Assembly: GCA_038205935.1 (NCBI GenBank) | Contig: JBBRBK010000061.1 | Coordinates: forward strand, 1 to 11,690 | Direction of reading: 5' to 3' | Length of the DNA stretch: 11,690 nucleotides | Source: Campylobacterales bacterium | GTDB lineage: Bacteria > Campylobacterota > Campylobacteria > Campylobacterales > Sulfurimonadaceae | In this document: piece after piece, positions 1-7,915 of the stretch | Layout: the number at the start of each line of letters is the position of its first letter | How positions within the stretch are numbered: the first letter of the stretch is position 1 | Notes under the pieces: model-generated | What the model was told of the DNA's origin: nothing | Databases searched by the model: none | Seen by the model: the letters and a program-made list of their open reading frames with translations, nothing else | Made by a program: the position numbers and the translations under genes

Positions 1-675
1 ACGCCTGATATGGTTTATCATCTTGGAGAATACTCAAGAGTTGAGCAAAGTTTTGATGACATCGAAAAAGTTTGGAAGTTCAATAAAGATGGTATCTTCG
101 CAGTTTTAGAGTTTGTAAGAAAAGCCGGATGTAAAATACTCTACGCTGGAAGCTCTACAAAGTTTGGCGATGGTGGTCTTGGGCGAAGTGCAAGTCCTTA
201 CGCTTGGACAAAAGCTACAAATACTGAACTTGTGATGAACTATGGAAACTGGTTTAACGTGCCTTATGCCATCACTTACTTTTACAATGTTTACGGACCA
301 AGAGAGATACAAACTGGAAAATATGCAACACTCATCGCTCTTTTTAAAGAGAAGATGAAAAACGGCGAGCCTTTAACTATCGTAAGTCCTGGAGCACAAA
401 AGAGAAACTTTACACATATAGATGACATCATCAACGGTTTAATTTTAGTGGGTGAAAACGGTTACGGAGATGAATTTGGCATAGGAAGTCCTGAAGCATA
501 CAGCATCAAAGAGATCGCTGAGATGTTTGGCGGAAAGATACAAATGCTTCCCGAACGTGCTGGTAATAGAATGACAGCTGATGTTATGACAGCTAACACA
601 GAAGCACTGGGATGGAAGCCGACGAGGACTATCAAAGAGTATATTGAAGAGATGAAAGTAAATAACTGGAAATAA
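1..675 (+). CDS. NAD-dependent epimerase/dehydratase (extended SDR, NDP-sugar epimerase), 5'-truncated by window edge
   Basis: Frame is open from base 1 (TPDMVYHLGE...). It has YAGSS, the catalytic YxxxK (YAWTK), YFYNVYGP and QKRNFTHIDD motifs of extended SDRs. The GxxGxxG motif would lie upstream of the window. Confidence 0.9.
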   Translation, partial: TPDMVYHLGEYSRVEQSFDDIEKVWKFNKDGIFAVLEFVRKAGCKILYAGSSTKFGDGGLGRSASPYAWTKATNTELVMNYGNWFNVPYAITYFYNVYGPREIQTGKYATLIALFKEKMKNGEPLTIVSPGAQKRNFTHIDDIINGLILVGENGYGDEFGIGSPEAYSIKEIAEMFGGKIQMLPERAGNRMTADVMTANTEALGWKPTRTIKEYIEEMKVNNWK

Positions 676-705
676 TAAACTCAGGAGTTAGAAAGGTGAT
701 TGAAG

Positions 706-1012
706 ATGAAAATCAGAGAAAAGGATGAACAAGCTATTATCTTTCTTGCAAAAAAAAAGCATCAAAACTCCCAGTAGGATTTTAGCTTTTGGAAGTAGAG
801 TCAATGGCGAGGCACATGACACAAGCGATCTTGATCTTGTGATAGTCTCCAATGATAAAAAAAAGATAGACATAGATGATTTCTTAGATTTTAAAGAGAA
901 TCTGCAAAAATCAAACATCCCAATCATCGTACAAGTTTTAGATTGGTATAGAATACCAACAAGTTTTCATCAAAACATTCTCACAAACTATGAAATTTTG
1001 GTTGAGATATAA
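706..1012 (+). CDS. Minimal nucleotidyltransferase (MNT, Pol-beta fold; HEPN-MNT antitoxin type), probably frameshifted at the A9 tract 750-758
   Basis: ORF 725..1012 has the AFGSRVNG...SDLDLVIV motif (GS...DxD). ATG 706 follows GAAAGGT (691-697) and reads MKIREKDEQAIIFLAKK, stopping at TAG 775-777 unless one A is removed from A9, which joins it to SIKTPSRILAFGSR. Confidence 0.75.
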
Positions 1013-1024
1013 GAAAGGTAGTAT

Positions 1025-1837
1025 TTGCAAACAACCATAATCATCTCCGTCTATAAAGACGTTGAAGCACTAGATCTGATCATCAACTCTTTGCTGCATC
1101 AAACCTTACATGTAAGCGAGATTATCATCTCAGAGGATTGCCAGAGTGATGAAATGAAAGCTTACTTTGCAACTTTAAATAATCCAAAAATCAAACATCT
1201 ATCACAAGAAGATGACGGCTGGCAAAAAAATAGAGCACTTAACAGAGCTATACAAGCTAGTGAAAATGATTATCTCATCTTTATAGATGGAGATTGTGTT
1301 CCGTATCCTACTTTCGTAGAATCACACGTGGCTCTTGCCCAAAAAAATGCCGTTCTTTGCGGAAGAAGAACGGAACCGGGAGAAAAGTTTACAAAACTAC
1401 TTCGAACTCAAGAACTCAGCATAAGAGAGTTTGTTTCGAACTATATACCAAACTACTTTAAACTCAAAAACGATAAGATAAGACACTATGATGATGGCAT
1501 TTATTTTCATCCAAATTCGATGATATTGAACTTTATCAAAAAATCTAGAAAAAAAGAAAATCATATAGTCGGCTGTAACTTTTCATGCTGGAAAAAAGAT
1601 CTTGAGATGATGAATGGTTTTGATGAAGACTTTAAAATGCCGACAACAGGAGAAGATACAGATGTGGAAAGACGTCTGCGTCATTTTGGCATAAAAATGA
1701 ACTCTTGCAGATACAGTGCAAATGTCATCCATCTTCATCACAAAAAAGTTTTCAACAAAGAGATCTCAACACAAACAGAGGCGTTGATGGAAACCAAAAA
1801 AGATATTTTTGTTTGTGAAAATGGGCTAAAGAAATAA
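1025..1837 (+). CDS. Glycosyltransferase family 2 (GT-A fold)
   Basis: TTG start after GAAAGG. Motifs TIIISVY, EIIISED, NRAI, YLIFIDGDC (DxD), GCNFS and NGFDEDF...GEDTD. Confidence 0.9.
   Translation: MQTTIIISVYKDVEALDLIINSLLHQTLHVSEIIISEDCQSDEMKAYFATLNNPKIKHLSQEDDGWQKNRALNRAIQASENDYLIFIDGDCVPYPTFVESHVALAQKNAVLCGRRTEPGEKFTKLLRTQELSIREFVSNYIPNYFKLKNDKIRHYDDGIYFHPNSMILNFIKKSRKKENHIVGCNFSCWKKDLEMMNGFDEDFKMPTTGEDTDVERRLRHFGIKMNSCRYSANVIHLHHKKVFNKEISTQTEALMETKKDIFVCENGLKK
1755..1831 (+). repeat. Direct repeat A, copy 1 (3' end of GT2 gene 1025..1837)
   Basis: Aligns without gaps to 2765-2841 with 68/77 identities (manual alignment); offset 1010 bp. Confidence 0.95.
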
Positions 1838-1861
1838 TGGAATTAAAAATTGGAAATAACT

Positions 1862-2752
1862 ATGGAAAATAGTTTAGCAACTCTTAACAATCAAACCATC
1901 CAAAACAAAATCTACACCATAAGAGGTGCACAGGTGATGCTGGATGAGGATTTGGCAATACTATATGATGTAGAAACAAAAGTTTTAAATCAAGCTGTAA
2001 AAAGAAATAGTGAAAGATTTCCTGATAAATTCAGATTTCAATTGACTGAGGCAGAGTATGAAAACTTAAGGTCACAGATTGTGACCTTAAGTTTAGACAA
2101 AGGATGGGGAACCCATAAGAAATATTTACCATATGTCTTTACAGAGCAAGGTGTATCTATGCTTTCAGCAGTCTTAAGAAGCCAAACGGCTATAGAAGTA
2201 AGTATAAAGATTATAGATACTTTTGTAAACATGCGAAAATTTCTCTCATCTAATGCAGATATGTTTCTTAGATTTGAAAGAGTAGAACAACGATTATCTC
2301 TGCACGACGAAAACTTCAATAAAATTTTCAATGCCATAGAAGAAAAAGGAACACCACAAAAACAACACATCTTCTACGATGGACAAATCTTTGATGCGTA
2401 TCTTTTTGTAAGTGATATTATAAAGTCTGCAACATCTTCTATAAAACTTATAGATAATTTTGTAGATGAAACAACACTCATATTGTTTACAAAAAGAGCC
2501 TTACATGTAAAGGCTTTTATCTATACAAAGACTATCTCAAAGCAACTCCAGCTAGACATAGAAAAATATAATGCTCAATATCCGAAGATAGAAATAAAAA
2601 AGTTTGATTTGTCTCACGATAGATTTCTCATCATCGATGATAGTGAAGTGTACCATTTTGGTGCTAGTCTGAAAGATTTGGGCAAAAAATGGTTTGCGGT
2701 TTCTAAGATGAATGTGGATAGTTTGAGTATAATTGAAAAGTTAAGACGATGA
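1862..2752 (+). CDS. ORF6N-domain DNA-binding protein with C-terminal PLD-like (HDR) domain
   Basis: N-terminus IYTIRGAQVMLDEDLAILYDVETKVLNQAVKRNSERFP...YVFTEQGVSMLSAVL is the ORF6N pattern. C-terminus has HDRFLIID...YHFGASLKDLG. ATG 1862 preferred; in-frame TTG 1850 is possible. Confidence 0.85.
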   Translation: MENSLATLNNQTIQNKIYTIRGAQVMLDEDLAILYDVETKVLNQAVKRNSERFPDKFRFQLTEAEYENLRSQIVTLSLDKGWGTHKKYLPYVFTEQGVSMLSAVLRSQTAIEVSIKIIDTFVNMRKFLSSNADMFLRFERVEQRLSLHDENFNKIFNAIEEKGTPQKQHIFYDGQIFDAYLFVSDIIKSATSSIKLIDNFVDETTLILFTKRALHVKAFIYTKTISKQLQLDIEKYNAQYPKIEIKKFDLSHDRFLIIDDSEVYHFGASLKDLGKKWFAVSKMNVDSLSIIEKLRR

Positions 2753-2853
2753 ATATAAATAGATACAAAGAGATCCCAATACAAACAGAGGCGTTAATGG
2801 AAACTAAAAAAGATATGTTTATTTGTCAACATGGGTTAAAGGAATTAGTATGA
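2749..2853 (+). other. 34-aa mini-ORF made of the duplicated GT2 C-terminus (MNINRYKEIPIQTEALMETKKDMFICQHGLKELV)
   Basis: ATG 2749 overlaps the ORF6N stop (ATGA); TGA 2851-2853 overlaps ATG 2850 of the next GT2 (ATGA). Homologous to KEISTQTEALMETKKDIFVCENGLKK. Confidence 0.6.
2765..2841 (+). repeat. Direct repeat A, copy 2
   Basis: 68/77 identical to 1755-1831; runs into the AAAGGA SD (2838-2843) of the downstream GT2. Confidence 0.95.
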
Positions 2854-3734
2854 ACGAACAACAACCTTTAGTTAGCATCATTATGTCTAGCTACAACCAT
2901 AAAAAGTTTGTAGAAAAAGCTGTCGTAAGCGCTGTGAATCAGACTTATAAAAATATCGAATTTATCGTGATAGACGACGGTTCAAAAGATGGCTCACCAG
3001 AACTTCTCAAATCTTTGCAAGAAAAATATGGCTTTTATCTCGAATGTAGAACAAATCACGGCTTAGTTAAAACGCTCAACTATGCCCTCAAAGAATTGGC
3101 TCATGGAAAATATGTCTGCATTTTAGATTCTGATGACTATTTTGCTCTTAACAAAATAGAAAAACAAGTCGAAGTTTTAGAAAATAATCCAGAATGTGGG
3201 TTGTGTTACAATCCTATTTACTACATCGATGAAAATGATAAGATACTCTCTGATGCTATTGATAAAAAAAATACTTTAACCGGTTATATTTTTGAAGAGT
3301 TTTTCAGAGGTGATGCGCATATTCCCGATGGAGGAGTATTGATTCCTATGAATGTTTTTAGAAGCATCGACTATTATGACGAAGACGTGGCACTTGAAGA
3401 TTATCAGTTGTGGTTTAAAATACTTTCCAAATATCCTGCATGCTATATCAATGAACATCTAACATACTACAGAACACATGCTACAAATGTCAGCAATGAC
3501 GAATACAAGATGCTTCTATGGGAAATTCAAGTCATTGACAAATGGAAAGCTCATCCCGTTTATGAAAAATCAAAACCTTATCTTTTCAACAGATGGTTTG
3601 CAAAATTTGCAAAATACGATAAAAAAGAAGCAGTGGGTTATCTCTTTAAGATACTAAAATATACAATGACGTATTCAAATAAAAATTTTTATAAAGGGTT
3701 AAGAAGGCTGCTGTTTTCTTGGCACAAGAAATAG
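2850..3734 (+). CDS. Glycosyltransferase family 2
   Basis: PLVSIIMSSYN, IVIDDGSKDGS, GKYVCILDSDD (DxD), EDYQLW and YYR motifs. ATG 2850 with SD AAAGGA is preferred over TTG 2823. Confidence 0.92.
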   Translation: MNEQQPLVSIIMSSYNHKKFVEKAVVSAVNQTYKNIEFIVIDDGSKDGSPELLKSLQEKYGFYLECRTNHGLVKTLNYALKELAHGKYVCILDSDDYFALNKIEKQVEVLENNPECGLCYNPIYYIDENDKILSDAIDKKNTLTGYIFEEFFRGDAHIPDGGVLIPMNVFRSIDYYDEDVALEDYQLWFKILSKYPACYINEHLTYYRTHATNVSNDEYKMLLWEIQVIDKWKAHPVYEKSKPYLFNRWFAKFAKYDKKEAVGYLFKILKYTMTYSNKNFYKGLRRLLFSWHKK

Positions 3735-3744
3735 AGGATAGTGA

Positions 3745-4332
3745 ATGAGAATTTTTAAACAAAAAATATCAGAACCTCAAAAATCACAAAATGATTTTCA
3801 AAAAAAATATCCCAATTATACATTAGGGAAAAATACTTATGGTTTACCTATAGTTTATGACTGGCATGAAAGCTCAACGTTACAAATTGGAAGTTATTGC
3901 TCTATCTCTTCAAATGTTAAAATTTATCTTGGCGGCCACCATAGAATGGATTGGATCAGTACATATCCTTTCCCCGCATTTTTTGATTCTGTGAAGCATA
4001 TTAAAGATTATGGTGGAACAAATGGTAATGTGATTATTGGCTCAGATGTTTGCATATATGCCAATGTCACAATTTTATCGGGTATTAGTATTGGAAATGG
4101 TGCCGTGATTGCTAATGGTTCAGTAGTAACAAAAGATGTAGCTGACTATGAAATAGTTGGAGGAAATCCAGCAAGACACATAAAATATAGGTTTAATGAA
4201 GAAACTAGATGTGAATTATTAAAAACATCTTGGTGGGATTGGGAGCAACAAGAGATACTTAAAATATCAGATATATTGTGCTCTCAGGATATTGGACAAC
4301 TGCTTTTATATTCAAATAATAGGGAAAAATAA
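3745..4332 (+). CDS. CatB/Vat-related hexapeptide-repeat O-acyltransferase (probable glycan O-acetyltransferase)
   Basis: LQIGSYCSIS, GGHHRMDWISTYPF, IGNGAVIANGSVVTKDV, IVGGNPARHIKYRF and WWDW motifs of the left-handed beta-helix XAT family. SD GAGG upstream. Confidence 0.88.
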   Translation: MRIFKQKISEPQKSQNDFQKKYPNYTLGKNTYGLPIVYDWHESSTLQIGSYCSISSNVKIYLGGHHRMDWISTYPFPAFFDSVKHIKDYGGTNGNVIIGSDVCIYANVTILSGISIGNGAVIANGSVVTKDVADYEIVGGNPARHIKYRFNEETRCELLKTSWWDWEQQEILKISDILCSQDIGQLLLYSNNREK

Positions 4333-4335
4333 CAT

Positions 4336-5580
4336 ATGCAAATCAACAATAAAAAAATATTACACCTACTGCAAAACATTCAATATATTTCGATTATTCT
4401 TATTGTTTTCACTTTGCCATACTTTATTGCGCCATCATTCAGTTTGTTGCTGTCTTCTTTAATTTTTTTAACCACAATGGCTATCAATAATATAAATCTT
4501 AGAGCTATCCTCAAAGAAAAAACTATTTTATTCTTATTTCTTTTTATTATATTGACATATATATCTGCACTATGGTCACCTGCAGATAATATTTTTGGTG
4601 GTAATTTTAGAGTAAATATAAACGCTTATTTAAACTATTTTTTATTAATTCCTGGTATTTATTTTTCAAATCTAGCAAAAGATAAAATAAAATTCATTTT
4701 TACACTTATTATATTTTCTCCTTTCATTTATGTTATCTTATATTTTACAAACTTTTTTGGAATTACAAATATTTATTCGTATCATTATAATAGCATAACT
4801 GGTAATTATCATCTTTATGTAGATCTTTTTGCCAATATATTTATATTATTTTCCGCTATTTTCTTATATATAAAATTTTTAAGCAATATTTTAATACAAA
4901 ACTACAAAAAAGCATTATTTCTTTTTATACCTTTGTGCATTGTTTCATTATCTCTTTTCATTGATGAAACAACCATTTCTAGGCTTATCAATTTGTCCTT
5001 TCTTGTATCAATATTTTTTGTATCAATATATATGATTTCTAGAAAACAAAAACTTGCTATTGCGGTAATCATTGGAGTTTTATCAGTAATATATATTTAT
5101 ACATCAAAAGATTTTGAGCGAGGTATTGTGGAACTTCAATGCACATACAAGAGTAATCATTATGATGGTTCATGGGGGCATAGAACCAAATTAGCTCAAT
5201 ATGGTATAAATATGTGGCTCGAAAATCCTTACTTTGGTAGAGGAACTGTAGATATTATAGACAAAATGAGAGAAAATAAAAAAATGCATCCAGAAGATTT
5301 TAACGATCCAACAATCCACTTTCACAATCAACATATTCTTATGCTCGTTCAAGTTGGAGTATTTGGATACATTCTATTTTTAATATTTATATACAACTTG
5401 TTTACTTTAAAGATAAAAGATACAGAAGTAAATGTTTATAAAAAAGTGACTGTCATAATATTCTTAACAATTATGCTTGGTGAGCACTATTTACAAATGG
5501 AACATACATCAACATTTTTTGCACTCTTAGTTGGATTATTTTTATTGTACAAGAACCAAGAATTAAAAATTACTCAATAA
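4336..5580 (+). CDS. O-antigen ligase-like membrane protein (WaaL/Wzy_C family)
   Basis: Many hydrophobic helices; periplasmic loop with SWGHR, NPYFGRG and HFHNQHILMLVQVGVFG (H-x-H-N...G-x-x-G); LPS context. Confidence 0.8.
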   Translation: MQINNKKILHLLQNIQYISIILIVFTLPYFIAPSFSLLLSSLIFLTTMAINNINLRAILKEKTILFLFLFIILTYISALWSPADNIFGGNFRVNINAYLNYFLLIPGIYFSNLAKDKIKFIFTLIIFSPFIYVILYFTNFFGITNIYSYHYNSITGNYHLYVDLFANIFILFSAIFLYIKFLSNILIQNYKKALFLFIPLCIVSLSLFIDETTISRLINLSFLVSIFFVSIYMISRKQKLAIAVIIGVLSVIYIYTSKDFERGIVELQCTYKSNHYDGSWGHRTKLAQYGINMWLENPYFGRGTVDIIDKMRENKKMHPEDFNDPTIHFHNQHILMLVQVGVFGYILFLIFIYNLFTLKIKDTEVNVYKKVTVIIFLTIMLGEHYLQMEHTSTFFALLVGLFLLYKNQELKITQ

Positions 5581-5581
5581 A

Positions 5582-6715
5582 TTAACTACGATTTTCTAGC
5601 GATTGTAAAATTTGTTTCCAATTATAATGTTCTGCGACCCTTTGAAGTGAATACTGTGATTTTTCTCGTAAGAAATCATTTGAAATTTGTAGCATTTTTA
5701 ATTTTTTTTGCAACTCTAGTTGTGAAGATATAATAAATCCTACTCTCTCATGCTCTGTGATCTCATATGCGCTTGAAACTGGTGTGGACACAATTATATT
5801 ACCATATGCCATAGCTTCAGGGAAGACAAGAGGAAACCCTTCTGCAAAAGAGGTTAAACAAAATATTTTACTTTTTGCATACCATTCGTAAAGTTTTGCT
5901 CTCTCATAAATAGCTCCCTTAAAGATTACTTTCTCTTTTAAATGAGGATTGTTTTTATAAAAAATATCAATTTTTGGTTTGAAGTTTTCTTCAATAGGTC
6001 CGACAAAAACGACCTTCCAATCTTGCAAGTCCAACTTTTCACAAGCATCTAGTAAAAGCTCATTATTTTTTTCAGGTGCGCCGATGCGTCCTACTGTCAA
6101 GATGATATTTTCTTTTTCTTCAAAGTTTTTTGGAGGGCACAATTCATACATTTTTTCTATATTAACACCATTGGGCATATATAAAAAATTTTCTTTATAC
6201 TCTTTATATTTTTGTGAAACTATCTCGTTGCCCTCTATCGATTCCACTGAAACCACGTCCAGTTTAGGCAAAACTTTGTTAAACAACCACCCACGTACTG
6301 CATATTTAGATCTTCTTTTTGGGATGAAGCCATCATTTTCTTTGATCGAATTTAGTCCCATATCTGACTTTAAAAAAGCAATTCCATTTGGATTTCTCCA
6401 TTTATACATTAAAAAGTTCAAATAAGTTTTCTCTCTGTGGTGAAACATATGAAGGATATCTATCTTTTTTGCATTGAAAAAAAGATACCAAAGAATAGAA
6501 AGAGAGTATCTTCCAGCTTTAAGCTTTGGAATAAACTCCATCTTTAAACCTTTAACCTCATTTTCTAGATAATCGTACGAATTTTTATTTTTGTATGTCA
6601 CTATCGTAGAATCGTAATCAAAATATTTATACATCAAATACGGTATCTGTCCCACATCTTTTGTAAGATGAATATTTTCAGTTTTCTCAAAAATAGTTAC
6701 AAACTTTTTCATCAC
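5582..6715 (-). CDS. Glycosyltransferase family 4 (GT-B)
   Basis: MPNGV, ILTVGRIGAPEKN and EGFPLVFPEAMAYG (E-x7-E) motifs. Start GTG 6715 or ATG 6712, both overlapping the upstream gene's TGA (6712-6714). Confidence 0.9.
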   Translation of the reverse strand: MMKKFVTIFEKTENIHLTKDVGQIPYLMYKYFDYDSTIVTYKNKNSYDYLENEVKGLKMEFIPKLKAGRYSLSILWYLFFNAKKIDILHMFHHREKTYLNFLMYKWRNPNGIAFLKSDMGLNSIKENDGFIPKRRSKYAVRGWLFNKVLPKLDVVSVESIEGNEIVSQKYKEYKENFLYMPNGVNIEKMYELCPPKNFEEKENIILTVGRIGAPEKNNELLLDACEKLDLQDWKVVFVGPIEENFKPKIDIFYKNNPHLKEKVIFKGAIYERAKLYEWYAKSKIFCLTSFAEGFPLVFPEAMAYGNIIVSTPVSSAYEITEHERVGFIISSQLELQKKLKMLQISNDFLREKSQYSLQRVAEHYNWKQILQSLENRS

Positions 6716-7809
6716 ATCGCTTCAAGGATTACATGCAAGGCTTCAAACTGCTTCTGGTTCTCAAACATCTCGGATGCTTTTTCTTTTCCAGCTCTTGCCA
6801 GCTCTTTTCTAAACGCATCGTTCATCATCACTTCTATCTTCTCTGTGAGATCCTCACTATCTTTTGTTTTAAAAAACAGTCCATTTTTTTTATCATCGAT
6901 GATCTCCAAAGGCCCGCCGCTGTCACTTCCTATGACCGCCACACCTGAAGCCATCGCTTCGATAAGAACGAGTCCGAAAGTCTCTCGCTCGGTTGCCAAA
7001 ACCAGGCAGTCACAAATCTGCATCAGATTCTGTGCTTCTTTTGTGAAGCCTGTGAAAATGATCTTGTCTTCGAGTTTATCTTGTTTGATCTCTTCTTTTA
7101 GCTCTGCCAAATAGTTCTCTTTCATCGCATGTCCGACGATAAGAGCTTGTACCTGCAGCTTTTTTGCAAGAAGTTTTTTCACAGCGTCTATGACAAGATA
7201 TTGCCCTTTATCTTCTTCTATGCGCCCGACTATACCCACTGTAAAAACATCATTGAGAGCATATTTATTACGAAGTTCTTGCTTCTCAGTTTCACTCAAA
7301 ATTTCTGGAAAATCTGCTCCCATGTAAAGCACTTCTACCTTTGGACGGATATCATGCGGCACAAAACGTTCTATCTGCTCTTTTACTTGATGTGTGACAG
7401 CGAGCATCATGTCCATATTTTTATACAGCCATCTATGGTAAAAATCATCTTTAAACCGAGTCATCGTCATATTTCTTGTTTGCACAAGTTTGGGCTTACA
7501 TGTAGAAAGTTTTTTTGCTAAAACTGCCACTGGAATATCTTTTGTCCAGTGAAGATGCACGACATCTATGTTATGTTTATCTATGATGCGAGCTAATTTT
7601 CTAGCAGTGATAAAAGAGGAAATAGCAGAAGATTTTTTTATCTTTTCATATTTGTAAGGAGTGTTTTCATAGTAAGGTTCAAGCTTTCCAGCTTCGTTTA
7701 TAACGCTAATCACATTTGTCTTTTCGTGCAGATAATGCGCGGCTCTTACCATATAAAGCTCAAGTCCGCCAACATCTGGAGAAAGGCATAGTTCTAAAAT
7801 ATTTTTCAA
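6712..7809 (-). CDS. Glycosyltransferase family 4 (GT-B), LPS core type
   Basis: GGLE N-terminal motif, VGIVGRIEEDKGQ, ETFGLVLIEAMASG and GGPLEII. TTG start with AAGG SD (7820-7823, minus strand). Confidence 0.92.
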   Translation of the reverse strand: MKNILELCLSPDVGGLELYMVRAAHYLHEKTNVISVINEAGKLEPYYENTPYKYEKIKKSSAISSFITARKLARIIDKHNIDVVHLHWTKDIPVAVLAKKLSTCKPKLVQTRNMTMTRFKDDFYHRWLYKNMDMMLAVTHQVKEQIERFVPHDIRPKVEVLYMGADFPEILSETEKQELRNKYALNDVFTVGIVGRIEEDKGQYLVIDAVKKLLAKKLQVQALIVGHAMKENYLAELKEEIKQDKLEDKIIFTGFTKEAQNLMQICDCLVLATERETFGLVLIEAMASGVAVIGSDSGGPLEIIDDKKNGLFFKTKDSEDLTEKIEVMMNDAFRKELARAGKEKASEMFENQKQFEALHVILEAM

Positions 7810-7836
7810 GTTATACTAACCTTAATTGTTTGCCAG

Positions 7837-7845
7837 ATAGTAACA
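7837..7845 (-). promoter_or_regulatory. Putative extended -10 (TGTTACTAT) for the GT4 pair
   Basis: TGn plus a TAnnnT-type hexamer (TACTAT) about 27 nt upstream of the TTG start. Confidence 0.4.
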
Positions 7846-7856
7846 TCTTTTACTTT

Positions 7857-7881
7857 AAAAAGCCTCTGAAGACTAGAGGTT
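7857..7881 (-). terminator. Possible weak intrinsic terminator downstream of the virK-like gene
   Basis: Minus strand reads CCTCT-AGTCTTC-AGAGG followed by CTTTTT; the stem is only 5 bp. Confidence 0.35.
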
Positions 7882-7915
7882 AAGCGAACATATTTACAAG
7901 ATTATTTTTAAACTA

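Noticed and set aside
690..1019. AGAAAGGT on both sides of the MNT gene as a target-site duplication, and an 11-bp TAAGAAAGGTA match (1010-1020 versus minus strand 8905-8915)
   Set aside because: Both flanking copies are SD sequences, and such short matches are expected in AT-rich DNA.
3745..4332. Chloramphenicol or streptogramin resistance gene (catB/vat)
   Set aside because: The fold is shared, but the gene is tightly embedded between a GT2 and the ligase with no mobile context, so glycan O-acetylation is more likely.
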